In this document: positions 43,234-58,738 of the stretch, in pieces
Numbering within the stretch: the first letter of the stretch is position 1
Layout of the letters: every line of letters starts with the position of its first letter
Position numbers and translations under genes: made by a program
The notes under the pieces: model-generated
What the model was told of the DNA's origin: nothing
The model's database searches: none
What the model saw: the letters and a program-made list of their open reading frames with translations, nothing else
NCBI RefSeq assembly: GCF_009914755.1
Contig: NC_060947.1
Length of the DNA: 64,000 bases
Direction: 5' to 3' (one strand)
DNA from: the human T2T-CHM13v2.0 reference genome, Homo sapiens

Positions 43234-45129
43234 TGAGGCTGATGAAAGCTCCAGGATCAGAATTAGGGGGAGGGGTAAGGTCATGCTGCCCAGTGGTTAC
43301 GTGCATGATTGCTGGGCTAAAGACTGCTATGCTGAGGGAGCCCGGGAAAAAACCCTGGACATGATGGAGACATCGCTAGGGCCGGAATGGCTGAGGCATT
43401 CCCATTCCTTTGGCTTTGACTCTATTTCATATGGAGCACCAGATGTCTGGCCAAAGGATGTCATGCCTCTTCCCTTGCCTAGTGTGTGTTGTCTGCCATC
43501 TGCATGGCATTTGAAATACACTTGGGGTTTTGCTTAAGAATCCAAAGAAGGCATTTATTTTAATCAGAAATTGTTTCCCATTCTTACTGAATATAAAAAT
43601 AATAAAATTGTAAGTATATAAACATGGACAAGCAACAGTCACCCTCCCCACTTCCACTCTCCAGAGATGACCGCGGTTAAGTTTGGTACCTATTCCTCCA
43701 GATGTTCTGCCTACCAGTACTCAGGTCAGCTGTGTTTTATGCAAGGAATGTGTTCCTGAGGGCACCACATAATTAGATATTTGCGTAATTCAAAACCAGC
43801 CTTGACAAAGGAAGGGCAGAATTTCTGTTTGTCAGCTAAACTGGTGCCACCATGTGGCAATAGTGTAAACATGACTTACAGTTCACTTAGACTTCCAACT
43901 TTGAAATTATGTGATTCTTAGTGACATTTTAATTTGGGAGGACTTGCATTATTTCAAACGTTGTACATATACTGAAGCTAAAATATTTTATATCACAATA
44001 TTTCAAATTCTTAAAATTCCAATTTATTTAAAATGTGTTAATTTTAAAATGGTATCATATTAGTAAAGTTTTTCTAAAACTTGCTTTCTAAAATTCAGAT
44101 AACCATATATTTTGGGCATTCTCCCATGTCAGCAAATGTACTTTTGTTTCTTTCTTTTTAAGGGCTGTGGATCATTCTGGTGTAGCAGTGCATCCTAATT
44201 CATTTAACTAAGCCTCTATATTGATGGATAGTTCTTCCCAGGGATAAGGTCTCCTTCTTCTGTCTTTCTGTCATCAGATTTGTCTTCAGTTTCAGGGCCC
44301 TCAACAAATCTATGTAGTTCTCAGTGCCAGAGACTTGTGGCCAGAGAAAATCAAACTTCTGTCTCTTGGCAACCATTCAAGCAGTGACCCTGAGCCCTGA
44401 CCAAGTGCCCCAGAAGTCACTTGCTTTTTTCTGCACTAAACACACTTGGCATTGTCACTGAACTGACCTGGTCTGATGTTGTAGGTTGGATTCTGTGGAA
44501 GTAGTTGCTGAAACAGAGTTTGAAATGTAAGCTATTTATTAGGAATGTAACACACAGCCAACAGATATTAAATTATTGGAATTCAGGGGCTCAATTTGAG
44601 TTAAGGGGTTCACTTTGAGTTAAGTGTTTCTGTCCATATTCCCTTAAGAGCAAAGTGTGTCAAGAGAACTGGGTGGGGTTTTTAGTTGGTTTGTTGGTGG
44701 TTGGCCTTTTACTTTTTGGTTAGAATACAAATTAGATTCAAGAATGCTCCATACCTGGAGGCTCTGACACAGTATGGAATTCCAAGCTTTATGGGTCATT
44801 ATGGCTATAATCAACCTATATAATAGTCTTCAGAGTGACTTTCTCAAGCTTTTTTCCTCGTGTCTGAAGGCTTCAGTTAGGCAGCTTTTAATGTGAGGAA
44901 CTTCACTTCCTCCTATCTTTTCCATAGCATTAATTATCTATTCTGGAAACTTCTGCTCTAAAAACAGATGTTACTCCAGGAACTTCTCTAAGTTTTACTC
45001 ATTAGTGAAAAGCATTGTACAGAACCTTTTGGGGAGGGGAAAGGAAAATGACTGCCGCCATCTAGCTTGACCCTTCCTCAGTCCTCACTTCCCTGGTTGA
45101 GACAAGTAGGGCTCAATAATGTCTGTCTT

Positions 45130-45498
45130 CTCCTCTTCTTCCTGAGTATACCACCAGATGGCATTTCTCTGCCCCCTTGCTCCTAGATGGGGCTGTATTA
45201 CAGTTCTTGTCAGTGGAATGTGAGCCAAAATGATGAGTGCCACTTCTAGGCCTGGCACATGAACCTGCCAGAAAAAGAGGATCCAGTGGAAGACCCAGAG
45301 ACCCTAAAAGATGGCAGAAGCCACATGATGGAAAGAGCATGGATATGTGAATGACTGCATGGTGCAAAGCCATCCACGCCACTCCATGTTCCATATTAGA
45401 CTATAGCATGTGTGAGAAATAAACCATTAAGCCATTTCGTGTTAAGCCACTGAGATTTCTTTTAGAGCAATCTGCTAATAATCAGCCTCAACTAATAA
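45130..45498 (+). mobile_element. MLT1 (H/I/J-type) LTR
   Basis: gtggaatgtgagcc...gtgccacttctaggcctggc...gttaagccactgagattt. Confidence 0.75.
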
Positions 45499-46752
45499 TT
45501 TCAGACCTGCTTCTCCTTATTGGATCAGGAATGAGCACCTGCTACTTCAAGGACAGTAATCTCCTCACTGGCTAGTGACCCCATGGCCTAGCATGCAATA
45601 TGAACTGGCACAATCAGATTTCTTCCTTCACGAAGAGCCTCAACTTGAAGTAAATGTAGTTGGATAGGAATCTCAGTCCATATTATGTAACTTATTATAA
45701 AATGTAACGTATTTGTTTCCTATATCTGTTTTCAGTTTCCATTTGGCCAGTTGGCAGAAACTTAATTTCCGTCATTTTAAATTTCAGTTAGTTCAGGGTT
45801 TCCTTAGTGAATTCAGAGTGCCAACCTCCTCCTTCCCAGCTGCAGATGGCATCTATGTTTGTGGTGTTTTCACTTTCTACTGTGGTAGAAAGCCATCCAC
45901 TGTTAGATTATTGTCCTGAGCGCCAAGTCTTCCTGATTTCAGCTCTCTCTCAGCTATTTCCTTGCTCCTCTGTACCCAGAGGGGTACATCTGACTGCTCC
46001 TAACACCACTGTTGCGAAGTTCCATGAGGCTATCTCAGTTCCTTTGCATAGATATGTGACACAACCATCTCTATTGCTCCTTTTGCATATTGGTGAGGGA
46101 TAACTCTGCAGGGCTTTCCACTTCTCTGGGCTCCATCTAAGAAGTTAGGCACATGTCCAGTTTATTTTTGAACCCCGCCCCCAGCCTATTCATTTGGTTT
46201 TATGATTGTCCCCAAGAAATTGGCTCAGGCTTGTAGGGCACAGGGATTCCCACTAACATATAATGATTTTGCTTCTCATCTGCTTCATTTTCTCTGTCGC
46301 CCAAGGAGCCCTCTGGTATGAGTGGGAGGAACGGGAAAACAGTAATGATAACAGGAAATAATGGGATAGGAACTATTATGATTAATATGTTAATATCATT
46401 CTGCTTCCACAAAAAAAATCTGCTATCTGGTAACATAACAGAAAGAATCAGACTGAAGAGTAGAACTGAGTTGGGTTAATGATGGAACACTAGCATATAG
46501 GTCCAGAGCCAGCTAGGGCCCCAAATCGCATTGTGGTTCCAGCTTAGTGAGGTTCAACCCTCCCTGTACTTACAGTCTTGGATTTCTGTTATTATTAATT
46601 TGAGCAATTTCCAGGGAAGCTCTCACTAAAATGTGTCCACTCAGTTTCCTAAGCTGGAAGCCTTGGAGTCTTCCTAGGATTACTGCAAGTTTCCACAGAT
46701 GACTATCTTGATATGAAAATAGAGATCATATTAACAGCAATAACTCACACTT

Positions 46753-47065
<313 letters not shown>

Positions 47066-47209
47066 AATAACTCACACTTCTTAACACAGGACCCAGGGAA
47101 CTGATGCTTGGCTATATTAGTTTATTAGGTATACCTAGACATATCTGTATCCCAGTCTATGTTCACCCTAAATGTCCCCACCCCATGCAGATATACACAA
47201 ATGACTCCC

Positions 47210-48085
47210 CTCTTCCGTCTTTGATATTCAGTAAGTCATCAAGTCTTTTTTGTTCTACTCCCTTAATATTGTTTGAACCTGTCCCGTCGACTCAGTCTCC
47301 ATCCTCAGTGCACTGTCTTAGGTGTGGTCCTCATTTCTCACCTGGTTTACTGGAACACCTCTCAACTGATTTCCCTCACCTGTCTGATATCTTCTCAATC
47401 ACTTGTCCTCCACATGGTAACCAGAGTAATTTTCTTTTAGAAATGTAAAGACATCTGATCATGCATCTCTCTATCTTTCAATGGCTTCTTATTTCCCTCT
47501 GTGTAAACTCCAAACTGTTCACGTTACCATACAGGGTCCTGCATAATCTGGCTGCTCTCCAGTATCACGTACCACCACTCCCTGACACACCCACCTTCAT
47601 GCCTGTCATGTGGAACTCTTTGTAGTTTCCTGATTGATGCAGCTTCATACCTTGGGGCTTTTGCACGTGCTGCGTCTTCAGAGGGTTTTCCCTGCCCAAG
47701 CCACACCCCAGATGAATTACATCACAATCTCTTGATGGGGTGGGGAGATATTGGTGTGTGTTAAAGCTCCATGGGTGCTTACACTGTGCATTCAAGTTTG
47801 AGAATCAGCACTTTAAACTGCAAGTTAAGCATCACTTTCTCCGAGAAACATTCCTTGAACCCCCAGCCTGATCAAGTTGTTCCTTCTCTCTGCTTCCATA
47901 ATACCATCTGTGGCTTTCTACCATAATGGCGATCATTCTGTATAGAAATTGTTGATTTCCTCATCTGTCTCTGTTATACTTTAAACTCCTTGAGGGCGTG
48001 GACCATGTCTTAAATGTCTTCGTATCCCAAGGGCATAGCATGATGCCTAGCACAAAGTGGGCACAATAAATAAATATACGTGTTT
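47210..48085 (+). mobile_element. L2 with an internal MER5 fragment (about 47690-47810)
   Basis: L2 3' motifs ...tgcctagcacaaagtgggcacaataaat; MER5 end agtttgagaatcagc. Confidence 0.75.
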
Positions 48086-48364
48086 ATGAAATGTTATTGA
48101 AAAAATTTATAGACCATCTGCTATATTCCAGGCATGATGCTAGCAGGTTTTTATGTTACCTCATTTAATCTTCACAACAATCCTAATAAATATAGATTAT
48201 CCCAGTGTTATAAGTGAGGAAAAAAGAATCAGAAAAGTTAAGTGATGTGTCCAGTTACACAGCCAAGATCTAAGATTTAATCCCAGATCTTTTAGCTCCA
48301 AAATTAGTGTTTCTTTCTACTTATGGCTGGCAGAAAATAATGCTTGGTAGCTCCATGTCACTTA

Positions 48365-49330
<966 letters not shown>

Positions 49331-49331
49331 C

Positions 49332-49709
49332 TGCCATTGTCTGAATGTCTGTGTCCCCTCCAAAATTCATGTTAGAACTTAATCCCCAATGATATCATAT
49401 TAGGAGCTGAGGCCTTTAGGTGGTGACTAGGCCATAAGGGGTCTGCCCTCATAGATAGGATTAGTGCTTTATAAAAGGGCTAGAGAGATCTAGTTATTAT
49501 TTTACCCTTCCATCCCTTCCACCATATGAGGAAAGAGAATTAAAGTTGCTATCTTGGACGTAGAGACCAGGCCCTCACCAAACACCAAACCTGCCTACAC
49601 CTTGATCTTGGACTTCCTGGCTTCCAGAACTGTGAGAAATACATTTTTATTATTTATGAATTGCCCAGTTTGTAGTATTCTGTTGTAGCAGCGCAAACAG
49701 ACTAAGACA
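49332..49709 (+). mobile_element. MSTD/MLT1A-type LTR
   Basis: tgaatgtctgtgtcccctccaaaattcatgtt...cagactaagaca. Confidence 0.85.
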
Positions 49710-50172
49710 TCTGTGTACCACACTGCCTTATGCTTTAGAAAGCTTTGTCTTCACATATTATTTCATTTTATCTTTTTCGATAACCATATTACATACGCAG
49801 GATTATGTTATGACCACTTTTTAACACATATGAGGAAGTTGGAGCAATAAAAAGCAGCTAAGTAATGACAGAAAGAGAATTGAAACCCTTTCTCATTCAA
49901 TGCTCTTTTAATGCCACATCCATCATTGCTTTAAAAAAATACTAATCTAATTTGGATATAATAGAAATGAAGAACAATTTTAGAGTCTTATGGAAGTAGG
50001 TTTGCTCCAAGGTAAGAAGACATGATACCCACTGTATTCTAATCCATTTGTATAAAAATTCACATTAAAGAAGAATTAGTGATGTTATAAAAATAGTTTA
50101 CAGTGGGGCCCTTTACATTGTACTCATTATCACCCCTGTGTGCTTAGTGAACAATGATGACAACCAAACTTT

Positions 50173-50547
50173 TGTGTTAGTGTTCTCACACTGCTATAAG
50201 GACATAACCGAGACTGGGTAATTTATAAAGGAAAGAGGTTTAATTTACTCACAGTTCAACATGGCCTGTGGGGAGGCCTCAGGAAACTTACAATCATGGC
50301 AGAAGGGGAAGCAAACATGTCCTTCTTCACAGGGTGGCAGGAAGGAGAAGAATGAGAGTTGAGCAAAGTGGGAAGCCCCTTATAAAATAATCAGACCTTG
50401 TGAGAACTTAGTGTCAAGAGAATAGCATGGGGGAAACCACCCCCATAATTCAATTACCTCCCACTGGGTCCCTCCCATGACACGTGGGGTTTATGGGAAC
50501 TACAGTTCAAGATGAGATTTAGGTGGGGAAACAGCCAAACCATATCG
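50173..50547 (-). mobile_element. THE1 solo LTR
   Basis: gagactgggtaatttataaaggaaagagg...gatgagatttaggtgggga...ccaaaccatatc. Confidence 0.93.
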
Positions 50548-51652
50548 CCTTTATTAATGTTTTACAGTTTGTAAGGTATCTCTACCCACGTTTTATTTGA
50601 TTTTGTGCCCACCATCAATTAAATTTATTGTAATAAATGCTTGTACATGTAAAAGTGATTTAGGAAAGTCATTTGAATTAGAATTTAAATTGGCTTCTAT
50701 CATAAAAATTTGATCAGGAGTGTCCTTTGGTGAAAAGTGAGGTGTGCCCATAGAAGGTTTGTGTGTGTAGTTACAGAGACATGCAGTTGATTCTGTAAGC
50801 AAATGTAAACCTATGCCTGGGTCTTTTCTATGTAATTGCCCTGGCTTATTTGAAGTCAGATTGACAGAGTAAACCATAGGCAGAGGTGGTATAGCAGGAC
50901 ATATATGTATGCCACTGTGTGTGTGTGGTAGGAACACACAGGAAGGCACTAAAGAGGGTGAGAAGGAAAGTCTCAGAGTGAAAGACCAAGATGTAGAGAC
51001 TACTTAAGTGTTTTGTGGCAATGGGCATGGATTCTCCATTTGCTGACTCTAATGGGAAAGTTAGTTCTTTCATACCTAATCCACACCTGCCACCTCCCTT
51101 TCCCATCTCTGATAGCTCAACCACCTAAAGGATAGGTGGTGGCAGCTTGAAAGGAAGGTGTTTCTACACTACTGAGAACTCTGTGTCTCTTTCCTATCTC
51201 TCAGAGAGGCCATCAATATAAACAGACTCATGGGCTGCAAGGGGACAGGTTCTAGGCTTCTGCATTCCACTCCAAAAGCAGTGGCATGTATTGACAAAGG
51301 CTTCTTATTACTGAGACAATTTGATTATAGGTGGTAGGGGAAAAGTCGTTGCATTTCTTGGGACTAAAAATGTATTTGTGGGAGCATTTTCAAGATATCT
51401 ACTTAAAAGGAAGGGAGAGAACTGGAAAATCTCTGAGTAGGGTTTCAGAATTGCTGATCTGTATGTAATCATTTGGGCTAAAAGAGCTAGCTATCTATGC
51501 TATCAAGGTAGAAATATGTGCTTTGGGGATGATACTAAGAGTGAGATTCTCCTCCTGAGAAATGAATTGGGTGCTGGGTAATCGCCTCAGATGTGAACTT
51601 TGGAGGAAGAAATTCCTTCCTCTTTATACTGCTTGATAACAGAACAATAGTT

Positions 51653-51681
51653 CTCTTTCTTTCTTTCTTCTTTCTTTCTTT

Positions 51682-51750
<69 letters not shown>

Positions 51751-51918
51751 TTTCTTCTTTTCCTTCCTTCTCTTCTCTTCTCTTTTCTTTCCTTCTTTCT
51801 TTCACACAGGGTTTCACCATGTTGCCCAGGCTAGCCTTGAACTCCTGGACTCAAGTTTTCCACTCACCTTGGCCTCCCAAAGTGCTGGGAATACAGGCAT
51901 GCACCACCATGCCAGGCC
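51653..51918 (-). mobile_element. FLAM/Alu monomer with long (TTTC)n tail
   Basis: TTTC array at about 51653-51803; TSD aacaatagtt at 51643-51652 and 51921-51930. Confidence 0.9.
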
Positions 51919-52086
51919 GGAACAATAGTTTTAACACACTTATTTGCAATCTTGACTTTCTATCATGTCAGTCAGACAGGCCACAAAGCTACTATCAGAA
52001 ATTTCTGAGAAAGCAATCCTTTTTAAAAATTCAACTAATTTACAAACTTTTCTTCCTATGGTCAAGTAGACTAGAAAATAAAATGC

Positions 52087-52545
52087 TTATTCACAATAGC
52101 AAAGACATGGAATCAACCTAAATGCCCATCAATGATATACTGGATAAAGAAAATGTGGCACATGTACACCATGGAATGCTATGCAGCCATAAAAAGGAAT
52201 GAGATTATGTTCTTTGCAGGGACATGCATGGAGCTGGAAGCCATTATCCTCAGCAGACTAATGCAGGAACAGAAAACCAAACACCACATGTTCCCATTTA
52301 TAAGTGGGAGCTGAATGGTGAGAACACATGGATGCATGAGGGGAACAACACACATTGGGGTTTGTTGGGGGGAACAGGGGGAGGGAGGGCATCAGGATGA
52401 ATAGGTAATGGATGCTGGGCTTAATACCTAGGTGATGGAATGATATGTGCAGCAAGCCACCATGGCACATGTTTACCTATGTAACAAACCTGCACATCCT
52501 GCACATGTACCTCTGAACTTAAAATAAAAGTTGAGGGAAAAAAAA
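52087..52545 (+). mobile_element. L1PA (older) 3' end
   Basis: ORF2 end WIKKMWHMYTMECYAAIKRNE...; 3'UTR and A tail; aaaatgctt on both sides. Confidence 0.93.
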
Positions 52546-52566
52546 GAAAATGCTTTTCTTTTCAGA

Positions 52567-52569
<3 letters not shown>

Positions 52570-52606
<37 letters not shown>
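52570..52606. repeat. (CA)n microsatellite, about 18 units
   Basis: seen directly in the sequence. Confidence 0.97.
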
Positions 52607-52608
<2 letters not shown>

Positions 52609-52654
52609 ATTAAAGACAAGTCAAATTATATTTCTTCTTTTGGTCCTGACATTA

Positions 52655-52915
52655 CGGATTAAGTGGTTAAGTATATGAGCTTTGTAGTCAGACAGACCTG
52701 GATTTGGTCCCAGTTCTATCAATGAATAGCAGGGTGATCTCTGGCAAATCATTTTGCCTTTCTGGGCCTTAAGTCTTTTCACCCATAAAGTAGGGGATAA
52801 TACTAATACTTGCCTTATAGGGTTATATTGAGAATTAAATGGGATAATAAATTTAAAGTATATAGTACAGTGACTGAAACATAATATTCAATAAATTTTA
52901 GCTATTATTATTGTT
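52655..52915 (+). mobile_element. MIR, near full length
   Basis: gtggttaag...gtcagacagacctgg...ataaattttagctattatta. Confidence 0.85.
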
Positions 52916-53056
52916 GTAATTAACTAGTTGTGGAAGTTGACATATATTGCTGTTTTAAAACTAGAAGACCCTTTGGCCTTCAAAAGACGATCTTATGGCC
53001 TCCACTATCCCTCTGTTGAATGATTTGCACATTGAAAGAGAATTTCTTTCCAGATC

Positions 53057-53129
53057 TTTTTTTTTTTTTTTTTTTTTTTTTGAGACAGAGTCTTGCTCTG
53101 TTGCCAGGCTGGAGTACAGTGGCACGATT
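53057..53129 (-). mobile_element. extremely 5'-truncated Alu
   Basis: T25 plus about 48 bp of the Alu 3' end only. Confidence 0.85.
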
Positions 53130-54864
53130 TCAGGTCTAATTTTCAAAGCAGCCTTGCTATGTTCTATAGGTCCCTGAGCAAGATGGGGAAGCAGTACAAG
53201 GCAAGCAGGGCTGTGGGCTTGGATCTTGTCTGGTTTTCAGTTGAGAACATACTTTTATTTCCACCAAGGAAGCAGAACCGTAAGATGGGTAAGCTACAGG
53301 GGAAATAAACCAACAATTTGGGCTGTACAGAAGAGCATTTGTTTCCAAATGGACCAAGGGAGAACACTGAGGAAAGATGTGTAACAAGGAGCACAATGTG
53401 AACAGTCCTGGGCCTCTGCAAATGGTGATAACAGTACTACTTAAACTTTATGAGGATTGTTGTGAGGATTAAATAAGATAATGCATGCAAAATGCTTAGC
53501 ACAGTACCTGGCACACATAGAAAATACTCAATAAATATAAGCTATGTACCTATTAATGTTGTACAAGTTCTGTTACCACTCTTTGGAGATTCTGATTCAG
53601 TAGATTTGAGGAAGTACCTAGGAATTTTCTTTTTGTAAAATCTTCTCCAATTGATTCCTCGGCCTTAAATGGAAACATGTTGCTGTATGTCCCTGCCACG
53701 ATCATGTCCTTCTACTTCCACAAGCCACTCTAGTCTCCCCACTTCAGGATAACACTCAATACTTCAGAATTGACTCTTAATGGAGTAAATAGTACCAGAG
53801 AACTACATACTGGAGTAACATAGTTATATCCTGGAAGCTGCCATTTAGGATTCATTATATCTCAGGAAATTTGTGCCATTCTAGATTAAGAAGTGTGTGT
53901 TCCATTTGCCTACTAACAACAGTCATCTTTTTAGACCATGTTGGAAAAATAAATCCCTAGGTGAAATTATTTTTATTGATAGCAGACTCGAATTTTCTTA
54001 ATTCTGGAAATATCCAATCAGTGCTTTCTTTTCACCAGTCTCTCTCTTCTTCATGCTTAAAACCAAGTATTTTGGTGTGCTACAGCCTGGTAAAAGGAGT
54101 GAAAGCTCATTTAGAATGATGAGGCAGGGATTAATTTTAGTGCCGTAGATTTGGAGCATAAATGAAAGAGATGGACAGAAAGGGCAACTTGGAACCTAGG
54201 ACTTTTCTGGTCAGCTCTGTGGAGGTTTGCCCAATTCTCAGACCATTCCATTTCCTTTTTCTGATCTAACACCAGAAAGCCAAGCAGGCCCTTCAATTCC
54301 CATGGAATGAGGAGAAAGTTGTGTTATACAACTCTTCATCACCAGCAAAGTGTTAGTAAGACTGGAAAGACTTTTCCTCTTCCAGCTATAAATGGGGCCT
54401 ATTTTTAAACAAAATAGAGACAATAGAGACTGTTGGTGATAGTAACTGATGCCTCGGGGAAACAAGTCTTGTCACTGCTTGTTGATTTCAAATCCATAAA
54501 CACAATGCGATTACTTATTCCTATTCCCATCTAGAAATGTGGGATGATGGATCACAGCATCTTTTTCCTTACATCTCTAGTTGAATCAAATTCCAGGAAA
54601 GATTAGGCCTTGACAATAACTCCTCCCTTCATCCCAGCTCTTAGGAAAGCAGGCTTTACAACAGAGCTACCATTTACAGAGGAGCAAACTGAGGCTTAGA
54701 GAGGTCAAGTAATTTGCCCCGTGTCTTGCCAAGTGGGGGAGATGTCCAAATGCATGTAATCTGATTCCAGAGCCACAGCTATTAAGGTTAAACTCTCTCT
54801 ATGTGTATTTTGACAAAAACCTTATAAGAAATTCTGATGTGCCTACCTAGTTAAGAACTCCTAA

Positions 54865-55130
54865 TTTATTTTTTTGAATCTTTAAGTAAATTTTGAGTAA
54901 AAAAGTAATACATAAACATGTTAGCAAGTTCAAATTATACAAGAGATTATACAGTGAGAAGTGAGTCTCTCTTTCCTACCTACATTCCAGTTTCCATCCC
55001 TAGAGGCAACTACTATTTTTTTTTTTTTGCATATCTTTCCAGAAATAATCTGAGCACATACTAACATATATATGTCCATATATACCCTTAAAACATAAAT
55101 AGAAGCATGTCATACATACTGATGTTTCCA
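54865..55130 (-). mobile_element. L1ME-type 3' end
   Basis: ccctagaggcaactactatt...atatctttccagaaata. Confidence 0.6.
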
Positions 55131-56125
55131 TTCTTACTGAGAAATCCTGCCTTGGCAAATACTACCATCTCCAAGATCCAAGAAAGCCTACTAGCCAAAC
55201 CACAGATGAGGACTGGATACATACGATTTTCTGTACAACCATGAAAACGTGATGCAGTACAGAATTCATTCTGCAGTGTCAAACAGTTAATCCACACAGG
55301 AAATGACTTCATCTGGAAGTGTCTGCTTTGAGAGACTCAAGCTCACTTGGTATATGCTATATGGCATTGTTCCCTGAGTGTAGAGATTTCCTATGTCTTA
55401 TGAAGTATTGTATTCCACTCAGTATCTAATGAAGTTAGTTCCTCATGAGTTTGTACTAGGTGTTTAGTCAATGAAGACTGTATGTATGCCTGCAAAATGT
55501 CTGTTTTGTTTGATTTAAAAATATCCTTCTAGCAGAGTATTATAAACAATTGGTGTTAAATTTCTAAACAAGTACTGCCAGTTTGGGAGGGGACAAAGTT
55601 TATGGCAAGGATTATGGGTATGGGAGGTAAAGGCAGGAGATATGTGTGCTTAGTCAAAAGTAAGGCATTGAACAAAACTAAAACATGAACAAAACCTGGA
55701 ACGAATCACACTAATTTGCTAAATGTGTGTGTGTGTGTTGGGGGGGCAACCTGGTGTAGCAGAAAAAGCATAGATTTTACAGTTGGACAGACTTGGATTC
55801 CAATTCAACTTTGCTCTTAGGGACCCTGAATGAGTTACTTAACTTCTTTGAGCCACAGTTTCCTCATGTGTAAAATGGGTATGATCATTGATTAAAATCT
55901 TATTATAAAATGAACTTAAGAAAAATAAACACTCACCAAAGAAAATGATCCTTTTATTATCATTGAGGCAAACAAAGCCTCCAAAACACATAGAAATATC
56001 TTTCCTTATTAATTGTTGCGTTAATAGCCTATACTTATTTTCACAATTAACTTTGAATCTTAATTTTCTACTCCAAAGCCTTTTAGAGGTTTTTCTTTGA
56101 TTCTTGTGTTTATTACCTTTCCCAC

Positions 56126-56666
56126 TGCGGTAGACAGATTCCTAAGATGGTCCCCAGTGAACCCCACCTTCTCATATTCATGCCCTTGTGTAATCCTCTT
56201 TGAGTGTAAACTGGGCCTAAGGACTTGCTTTTAAGAAATGGAACAGAGCAAAAATAATAGGATATCATTTCTGTGGTTAGGTTATAAGACTGTGACTTCC
56301 ATCTTCCTAGCTGATTCTCCCTCTTGCTGGTTTTGATGAAGCAAGATACCATGTTGGAGAGGCCCATTTGGCAAAAACCTAAGGGTGTGCTCCAGCCAAT
56401 AGCCAGTGAAGAACCTCAACCCAACAGCCTGTGAGGACGTGAATCCTGCCACCAACCACATGAGTGGGCTAGGAAGTAGATCCTCCCTCAGTTGAACCTT
56501 GAGATGAGACCCTAACCCTGGCCAACAACTTTATTATGGGTTTGTGAGAGACCCTAAAGCAGAGACTCAGTTTAGCCATGTCTAGATTCCCACAAAACTG
56601 GAGATACTAAATGTGAGTTGTTTAAGCTGCTATATTTTGGAGTAATTTGTTATGCAATAGTAACCA
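56126..56666 (+). mobile_element. MLT1E/F-type LTR
   Basis: tgcggtagacagattcctaagatggtccccagtga...ggagtaatttgttatgca. Confidence 0.85.
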
Positions 56667-57679
56667 TTATGCCTAGAATGAACTTTATAGTACCATTTCC
56701 TAGAAGTCAAAAGAATGCCACCTTCTAGACTTTCAACAGAAAAGTATAATAATAATAACAGCAGCAACAACATTGTTTATCATTTATTGAAAATTTTATA
56801 TGTGATAGGTATAGTATTAATTGTTTTACTATATTAAACTTATTAACTTATTTAACTTAACAGATTAGGAAACTGAGTCTCAGAGAGAGGTTAATTAACT
56901 TGTCCAAATTAGAATGGATAATGGATTGTATTACTTCAAAACTCATGTTCTTAAATCAGGTAAATACAATGAGCTTTTATCACAATATGATGACTTCAGA
57001 TGTACTCTAACTGTGCTTAGCTCCGTGCTTGGCACACAGTAGCTGCTCAGTAAATGTAAGCTGTGATTATTAGATCTTGAACTCACAATAAAGAGACCCT
57101 GTGTCAGTTTGCATTGAAAAGCCAGCTCTTCATATCCTGCTGGGGTACATGGTCTTGCTCATAGTGATCACAGTAGTCCACACATTTTGAGCAAGGCCCT
57201 GCTTCACCAAGTGACTTTAATAGCCCATCCAAATATGTCTTCTCAGGAGGCCTGTCTAGTGTGCTGCAACGTGCTGAACTAATTTTCATTCTGCTCAGAT
57301 CGTACCATTGACCTCTGGGGGCTCTGATCCATTCACATAGGTTGCCCATGCCCATATACAGATGCTGGGCAATAATATTTAGAAGAGTGATCAAATATGA
57401 GGCACCAGTTGCCTTCCAATGATCTGTTGCAGCTGAAATTAAATACTCCTTTCTTATTATCTCTACAAGACTTGGTTAACTCCTATTTACAGATGGAATT
57501 TTATAGCCAGCATATTTTATAGAGCACTTACCCTAATGACAATAACAGAAACACCTTATAACTGTGTCAGCTTGACTGTTTATAAAAACACTTTCATATG
57601 CATCTCATTTGATTCTATGGCACTTCATCTATGCCCTATGAAATGAATACATTTCTACCTCATATTATAGCTATTTATA

Positions 57680-57910
57680 CATGAGGCTGTATGGTCTAGT
57701 GGAAAAATCATACTCTGGCTTCGGACAAACCTGAATTTGAATCCCAGGTCCACCACTTCCTAGATGTGTGACTTGAACAAATCTGTGATCCTCATTAAAC
57801 TTTTGTTTTCTGCATTTGTAAGGTGGGCTTAATCATGCACATCTTATAGGGTTTCTGTGAGGTAAGAGATAACATGTAAAGTGCAGGGCAACTACTATGT
57901 ATTCAACTAA
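57680..57910 (+). mobile_element. MIR
   Basis: cctgaatttgaatcccaggtccaccacttcctagatgtgtgac. Confidence 0.75.
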
Positions 57911-58369
57911 TACTTTCTTAAAAATATTATCATTAGTTTGTATGATGTTAGCTAGCAAAATCTGTGACTATTCATTTTATCTCCAACAGACCCAGAATTG
58001 TGCCTTTTATCTTTAGAAAGAAGCTTAATACATACTTCTTGAATAGACAAACCTGAGGTAGGCACAGGAGTTATTATCCCAGTAGATGGAGGTTAAATGG
58101 CCTGCCCAGGGATCACATGGCTGATAAATGATAGAACTGGAATTTGGATTCTGATTGTTTGCTGTCTAGTCCAGTGCATCTTCCTGCAGTCTTTTAGATT
58201 GGTTTGCAAAACTGACATGCTGGAAATAAAGTCTCTTGTAGAAGACAGCCTAGTAAGCGACAAGTCTAGGTTTTCCACTAGGATTCAGATATCTTTGGAT
58301 GTGCTGTAAAGAGACACCTCATCCTACTTCCTCATGGGCTATAAGGAGTGTCTTAGAAAGAGAGCCACA

Positions 58370-58738
<369 letters not shown>

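Noticed and set aside
51587-51928. Lys/Glu/Arg-rich and Phe/Ser/Leu-rich ORFs
   Set aside because: translations of the (TTTC)n microsatellite and Alu; the same applies to 34582..34893
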